Position numbers and translations under genes: made by a program. Shown in pieces: positions 62,705-64,000 of a stretch of DNA of 64,000 bases (positions are counted from its first letter, which is position 1; each line of letters starts with the position of its first letter). Where the stretch lies: NCBI GenBank assembly GCA_051294375.1, contig CM119268.1:21077869-21141868 (forward strand), given 5' to 3'. Below the pieces are notes generated by a model. The model saw nothing but the letters and a program-made list of their open reading frames with translations, made no database searches and was not told where the DNA came from. Source of the stretch: Paraspadella gotoi (taxonomy: Eukaryota > Animalia > Chaetognatha).

Positions 62705-63598
62705 ATGAAATGGTACAGACCAATATAAAATTAATCCATTCATTTAATAAATAACATATCTTGCCCCTGACTTTGGACAGGCTTTGGTGGTTTAAGGCGT
62801 CCATCACTCTTACAAGATAATGACAATAGCAGGTCCTGCAAGCTTTCAATCAAGACCTCTCACAGTCCCGTTTATCACTCCAAGAGTACCTGGCTTCCCT
62901 ATCAAATGAAGTGGAAAATATTTCAAAGAATGTTTCAATGGTAATGAAAAGACACTCCTTAAGTATTAGATCGGGGAATACTTATTGTACTCCGCACTAG
63001 CATCAAAATACAAGGAGCTGAATTTTATGAAAATTGGTACAGACCATATAAAAATTATCCATTCATGTTAATAAATAACATATCTTGCCCCTGACTTTGA
63101 ACAGGCTTTGGTGGTTTAAGGCCTCCATCAACTCTTACAAGATAATGACATAGCAGGTCCCTGCAAGCTTTCAATCAAGACTCTCTCACAGTCCCGTTTA
63201 TTCACTCCCAGAGTACCTGGCTTCCCTATCAATGAAGTGGAAAATATTTCAAAGAATGTTTCAATTGTATGAAAAGACCACTGCCCTTAAGTATTAGATC
63301 GGGGAATACTTATTGTACTCCGCACTAGCATCAAAATACAAGGAGCTGAATTTTAAGAAATTGGTACAACCAATATAAAAATATCCATTCATTTAATAAA
63401 TAACATATCTTGCCCCTGACTTTGGACAGGCTTTGGTGGTTTAAGGCCTCCATCACCTTACAAGATAATGAATAGCAGGTCCCTGCAAGCTTTCAATCAA
63501 GACTCTCTCACAGTCCCGTTTATTCACTCCCAGAGTACCTGGCTTCCCATATCAATGAAGTGGAAAATATTTCAAAGAATGTTTCAATTGTATGAAAA
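62705..63598 (+). repeat. Tandem array of ~325-bp units (about 2.7 copies)
   Basis: Units start near 62705, 63027 and 63355 (aaattggtaca...catcaaaatacaaggagctgaatttt). Confidence 0.93.
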
Positions 63599-64000
63599 AG
63601 ATTTATTATATTATATTATATTATACTCTCTGTCGATGTCTCGGTCGATTATGTCATTCGTAAGTTAATTTCTTTCAATCTAAAGTCACGTCAATTCTAA
63701 GTCGACCTTAGATATTCATCATGTAATTCTTGTCTTACATTTTATAGGTTATTTCATTTACCGACTCGTCTGTTTATTTTATCTTATTGTATAAATTTTA
63801 TAATTGTATTGTATAATATATAATAAAAAAAAAAGTTTTCCAAAAAAACAGAATAAATGCATTTTCTTTTTGGAGGCGAAAGAAAAAAAAGTCAAATAGC
63901 CACATATCAAAATCTCTTGTTTTACGCCGACGACAACAACGACGACGACGATGAGATAAGTCTTTCCAACTATTTGAAAACCAAAAACCAGCCAGACGGG

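Noticed and set aside
62705-63598. 325-bp tandem repeat as a retrozyme or 5S/snRNA array
   Set aside because: No CUGANGA/GAAA core on either strand and no recognisable Pol III RNA sequence.

Overview
AT-rich, microsatellite-laden genomic DNA from an invertebrate animal (species not determinable from sequence), taken from a draft assembly with many gaps. Repeated exact 25-N spacers and indel-rich copies point to long-read gap filling, and most kb-scale palindromes and duplications in 1-31 kb look like assembly artefacts. Well-supported content: (1) a minus-strand multi-exon immunoglobulin-superfamily gene (V-set then C2-set domains; exons 45094-45263, 27458-27626, 20064-20293, 1463-1642) that the ORF track shows only as fragments; (2) a young, nearly intact CsRn1-clade Ty3/Gypsy LTR retrotransposon (53217-59373, minus) with CHCC gag, a GGGAAAC -1 frameshift plus hairpin and PR-RT-RH-IN, but with an odd PBS, a DGG protease motif and no target-site duplication; (3) a compact 3-exon Ly6/three-finger (Quiver/Sleepless-like) GPI-type gene (61042-62493, minus) carrying an in-frame TGA; (4) a tRNA-derived SINE, a 595-bp fold-back MITE present in only one of two copies of its locus, a Kolobok-like TTAA element, a 5.8-kb element with ~900-bp terminal inverted repeats containing a Penelope-type minimal hammerhead motif, and several minisatellites. 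I found no convincing wholly new biological system. The best leads are the long-TIR element, the Ly6 gene and the atypical retrotransposon signals. Repeat and duplication boundaries were read by eye and are approximate.
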